Assembly (NCBI GenBank): GCA_009779405.1
Contig: WREI01000005.1
Location: 2,166-66,165, forward strand
DNA length: 64,000 bases
From: Clostridiales bacterium
GTDB taxonomy: Bacteria; Bacillota; Clostridia; Christensenellales; CAG-138
Reading direction: 5' to 3'
The notes under the pieces: generated by a model
Seen by the model: the letters and a program-made list of their open reading frames with translations, nothing else
The model's database searches: none
What the model was told of the DNA's origin: nothing
Position numbers and translations under genes: made by a program
Shown: positions 61,994 through 64,000 of the stretch, piece after piece
Layout of the letters: each line of letters starts with the position of its first letter
How positions within the stretch are numbered: the first letter of the stretch is position 1

Positions 61994-62665
61994 CTATATC
62001 TCCCTCGCGGCTCTCCTTGCATTCTCCACAAACAAGCGCACCTTCTCCGGGTCTTTGCGCAACACGACGCCGTTCTCCACGACCGAGGTCTTGGTCAGCG
62101 AGTCCACGCCCCAGGGGCGCACCTTTTGCACGGCGTCATATACATTGTCTGCGGACAGGCCGCCCGCCAGCACGACAGGGATATTGACCTCCTCGACAAT
62201 GCGGCGATCCAAGTCCCAATCGTGTACAATGCCGCTCGCGCCGATGCCATATTGACAGAGGGTATCCGTCATCAGATAATCTGCCGCGCCCTCATAGCTC
62301 TTGGCGACGGTGACGCACTCCGGCCCGTCCACAGACACAGCTTGCATCAGGCGTATGCCGGGGATCGCGGCTTTCAGTTTGGCCGCGAACGCGTGGGTGG
62401 CAAAGACCACCTCGTCGCAGAGATGCACGATATCCGGGCGCAGTTCCTTCGCGATTTCGATCACCAGATCCTCATCGCGCACCATAATGATGGCGAGCTT
62501 GACCGCCAAATGCCCGATGGCGTCAAACACGGCTCGGGCCCGTTCCACATCAATACAAGCGGGGCAGGAAGCATCGCCCACCAGCAGGCCGATCTGATCG
62601 ATGCCGGCGCGGATGCACTCCAGCGCTTCCTCGGGCGTCTGTATGGAAAAGACTTGGGTGACCAT
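61994..62665 (-). CDS. phosphoribosylanthranilate isomerase (TrpF)-like TIM-barrel protein
   Basis: Start MVTQVFSIQTPEEALE with AAGGAG RBS; C-terminus ..VLAGGLSADNV..PWGVDSLTKT resembles the PRAI fold. Confidence 0.55.
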   Translation of the reverse strand: MVTQVFSIQTPEEALECIRAGIDQIGLLVGDASCPACIDVERARAVFDAIGHLAVKLAIIMVRDEDLVIEIAKELRPDIVHLCDEVVFATHAFAAKLKAAIPGIRLMQAVSVDGPECVTVAKSYEGAADYLMTDTLCQYGIGASGIVHDWDLDRRIVEEVNIPVVLAGGLSADNVYDAVQKVRPWGVDSLTKTSVVENGVVLRKDPEKVRLFVENARRAAREI

Positions 62666-62684
62666 GGCGAATCTCCTTTTAGAT

Positions 62685-62827
62685 GATAAGTAATAATGCA
62701 GAATGCAGAGAGGGTTGAGAAGTAAGAGGTAATAATGCAGAGAGATTCTGAGCAAAGACTTATTTGCTCGTCCTAACGCATGTTTGCCGAATGAAGATTC
62801 TCTGCATTCTGCATTATTACTTGTTCC
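62685..62827. repeat. composite palindromic element, family C (left arm partly duplicated)
   Basis: L arm 62685-62712, partial second copy 62720-62744; R arm TCTCTGCATTCTGCATTATTACTTGTTC 62800-62827; the Fur-family ORF reads into it. Confidence 0.85.
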
Positions 62828-63225
62828 TTCTCCTCCTCCCGCACACACTCCGTGCACAGGCCGCCGAAACTCAGGCGGTGGCGCTCCACGCGCAGGCCGG
62901 TGCGCTTGGAGAGCTCCTTATCCAAGATCTCCGGGAAGTTCGGCATTTCATCCAGGATATTCAGGACGCAGCCGCAGGCCCGGCAATAGAAATGATAATG
63001 AATGGGCGTAAACGGTTCATAGCGCGTCGGCTGATGGGGCAATTCCACGGAGCGCAACACTTCCCGCGCTGCCAGCACCTGCAAATTACGGTACACCGTG
63101 GCGCGCGAGATATTGGGCAGCTGCTCGACTATAGCAGCATACACGTCGTCCGCACTCGGATGCCCTCCCATGGCATGCACGCATTGCAAGACGGCTTCTT
63201 TCTGTTTTGTCTCCCTTGTGCTCAT
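62773..63225 (-). CDS. Fur-family transcriptional regulator
   Basis: TKQKEAVLQ..ISRATVYRNL wHTH; HYHFYCRACG and GLCTEC metal motifs; about 17 C-terminal codons lie in the repeat. Confidence 0.85.
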   Translation of the reverse strand: MSTRETKQKEAVLQCVHAMGGHPSADDVYAAIVEQLPNISRATVYRNLQVLAAREVLRSVELPHQPTRYEPFTPIHYHFYCRACGCVLNILDEMPNFPEILDKELSKRTGLRVERHRLSFGGLCTECVREEEKEQVIMQNAENLHSANMR

Positions 63226-63229
63226 TCCT

Positions 63230-63250
63230 TAATAATACAATATATTATTA
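63230..63250. promoter_or_regulatory. Fur-box-like palindrome TAATAATA-CAATA-TATTATTA immediately upstream of the Fur-family gene
   Basis: 8-bp arms read directly; begins 5 nt upstream of the start codon region. Confidence 0.5.
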
Positions 63251-63415
63251 TGCGTGAAAAGTCAAGTTTTATTCCGTTTTTCGCGCCGTTTCGACAAAAA
63301 CAGTACGAATCCAAGGAAATCCGGGCCAAAACCCGCCCAAGGCGGCGCGCCTATCCGCCCGAGGGCGGCGCATCCTGTCCACCCGCAGGTGGGGAACTCG
63401 CAAAAACATTGTGAA

Positions 63416-63455
63416 ATAAAAAGGTCGCCGCGAACCTAGCGTAGTCCGCGGCGAC
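63416..63455 (-). terminator. intrinsic terminator downstream of tRNA-Gly
   Basis: GTCGCCGCG/CGCGGCGAC stem, then CTTTTTATTT on the minus strand. Confidence 0.8.
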
Positions 63456-63456
63456 G

Positions 63457-63532
63457 TGGAGCGGGAAACGGGGCTCGAACCCGCCACCTCAGCCTTGGCA
63501 AGGCTGCGCTCTACCGAATGAGCTATTCCCGC
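63457..63532 (-). tRNA. tRNA-Gly (anticodon GCC)
   Basis: Minus strand GCGGGAATAGCTCATTCGGTAGAGCGCAGCCTTGCCAAGGCTGAGGTGGCGGGTTCGAGCCCCGTTTCCCGCTCCA; anticodon loop TTGCCAA. Confidence 0.95.
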
Positions 63533-63580
63533 GACCGCATTTATTATAGCGCTTTATCGGGTTTTGTCAACCGTCCGCGC

Positions 63581-63614
63581 AAAAAAAGGACGCCCCCGCA
63601 TTAGGAGGGCGTCC
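63581..63614 (-). terminator. intrinsic terminator downstream of the dockerin-containing gene
   Basis: GGACGCCC/GGGCGTCC stem, then TTTTTTT on the minus strand. Confidence 0.8.
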
Positions 63615-63628
63615 CGGTTGGGAATTGC

Positions 63629-64000
63629 TTAGAGTACGGTGATGATATTGGCCAAATAGCGCAGGATCTTCGCGGCGTCCTCGGCGGTGATCGCGGCGCG
63701 GTTGGGCAACAGCGGCGTCACATCCGTAACCTCGGCGTTGATCGCGCCCTGGTCGCTGAGGTCCGACAGGCCCGCAAGGAAGCGCAGGATGGCCGCGGCA
63801 TCAGCGGCGTCGACCGCGCCGTCGCAGTTCGCGTCGCCGCGCATGGCAGTGACGGGCGGCGTGCCAATGAAGTCAATGTAACCGTCGGTCAGTATGAGCC
63901 TTCCTTCCGATTCCACGCTGAAGAGGTCTTCGAACTCGCTCCAAAGGCAGATGAACATCTCGTCCAAGGGGTCGCTACTTCCGCCAACCGTGATGTCGAA
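63629..64000 (-). CDS. dockerin type I repeat-containing protein, C-terminal part (gene continues past right edge)
   Basis: GDANCDGAVDAADAAAILRFLAG and a second ..ITAEDAAKILRYL repeat; frame open to the window edge. Confidence 0.7.
   Translation of the reverse strand, partial: FDITVGGSSDPLDEMFICLWSEFEDLFSVESEGRLILTDGYIDFIGTPPVTAMRGDANCDGAVDAADAAAILRFLAGLSDLSDQGAINAEVTDVTPLLPNRAAITAEDAAKILRYLANIITVL

Overview
GC-rich chromosomal segment that looks like a spore-forming Bacillota (Clostridia-type) genome. Evidence: tandem alpha/beta SASP genes, holB-ricT, ecfA1-ecfA2-ecfT-truA, tmcAL, and a dockerin module at the right edge. Positions 1-10.2 kb hold a phage-derived region: small leftward genes, an AT-rich control region, an embedded tRNA-Arg(CCG), then terS, terL, portal, scaffold-like, N4-gp56-type major capsid and five further structural-module ORFs. 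Two of these genes carry frameshifts, and I recognise no tail or lysis genes before the housekeeping gene holB. Positions 10.2-64 kb hold housekeeping and envelope genes. These include nadE, pta, trpS, rnpB (not in the ORF track), trmK, tsaD, the ECF transporter, an LCP protein, a Cd/Zn-type P-type ATPase, a MacAB-like efflux system, a Fur-family regulator, tRNA-Gly(GCC) and several membrane-anchored surface proteins. The most unusual feature is structural rather than coding. At least 31 copies of a composite palindromic intergenic element cover about 3.1 kb, roughly 5 percent of the window (summed from my own coordinates). Each has long inverted arms built from tandem ~7-nt words and encloses short hairpins preceded by a GGTAG-like motif, which resembles REP/REPIN units. 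The arms differ in word sequence between copies but always stay complementary. They abut or supply stop codons and separate nearly every gene of the phage head module. I do not recognise this as a described repeat family. All calls come from reading the sequence and recalling protein motifs; no database search was run.
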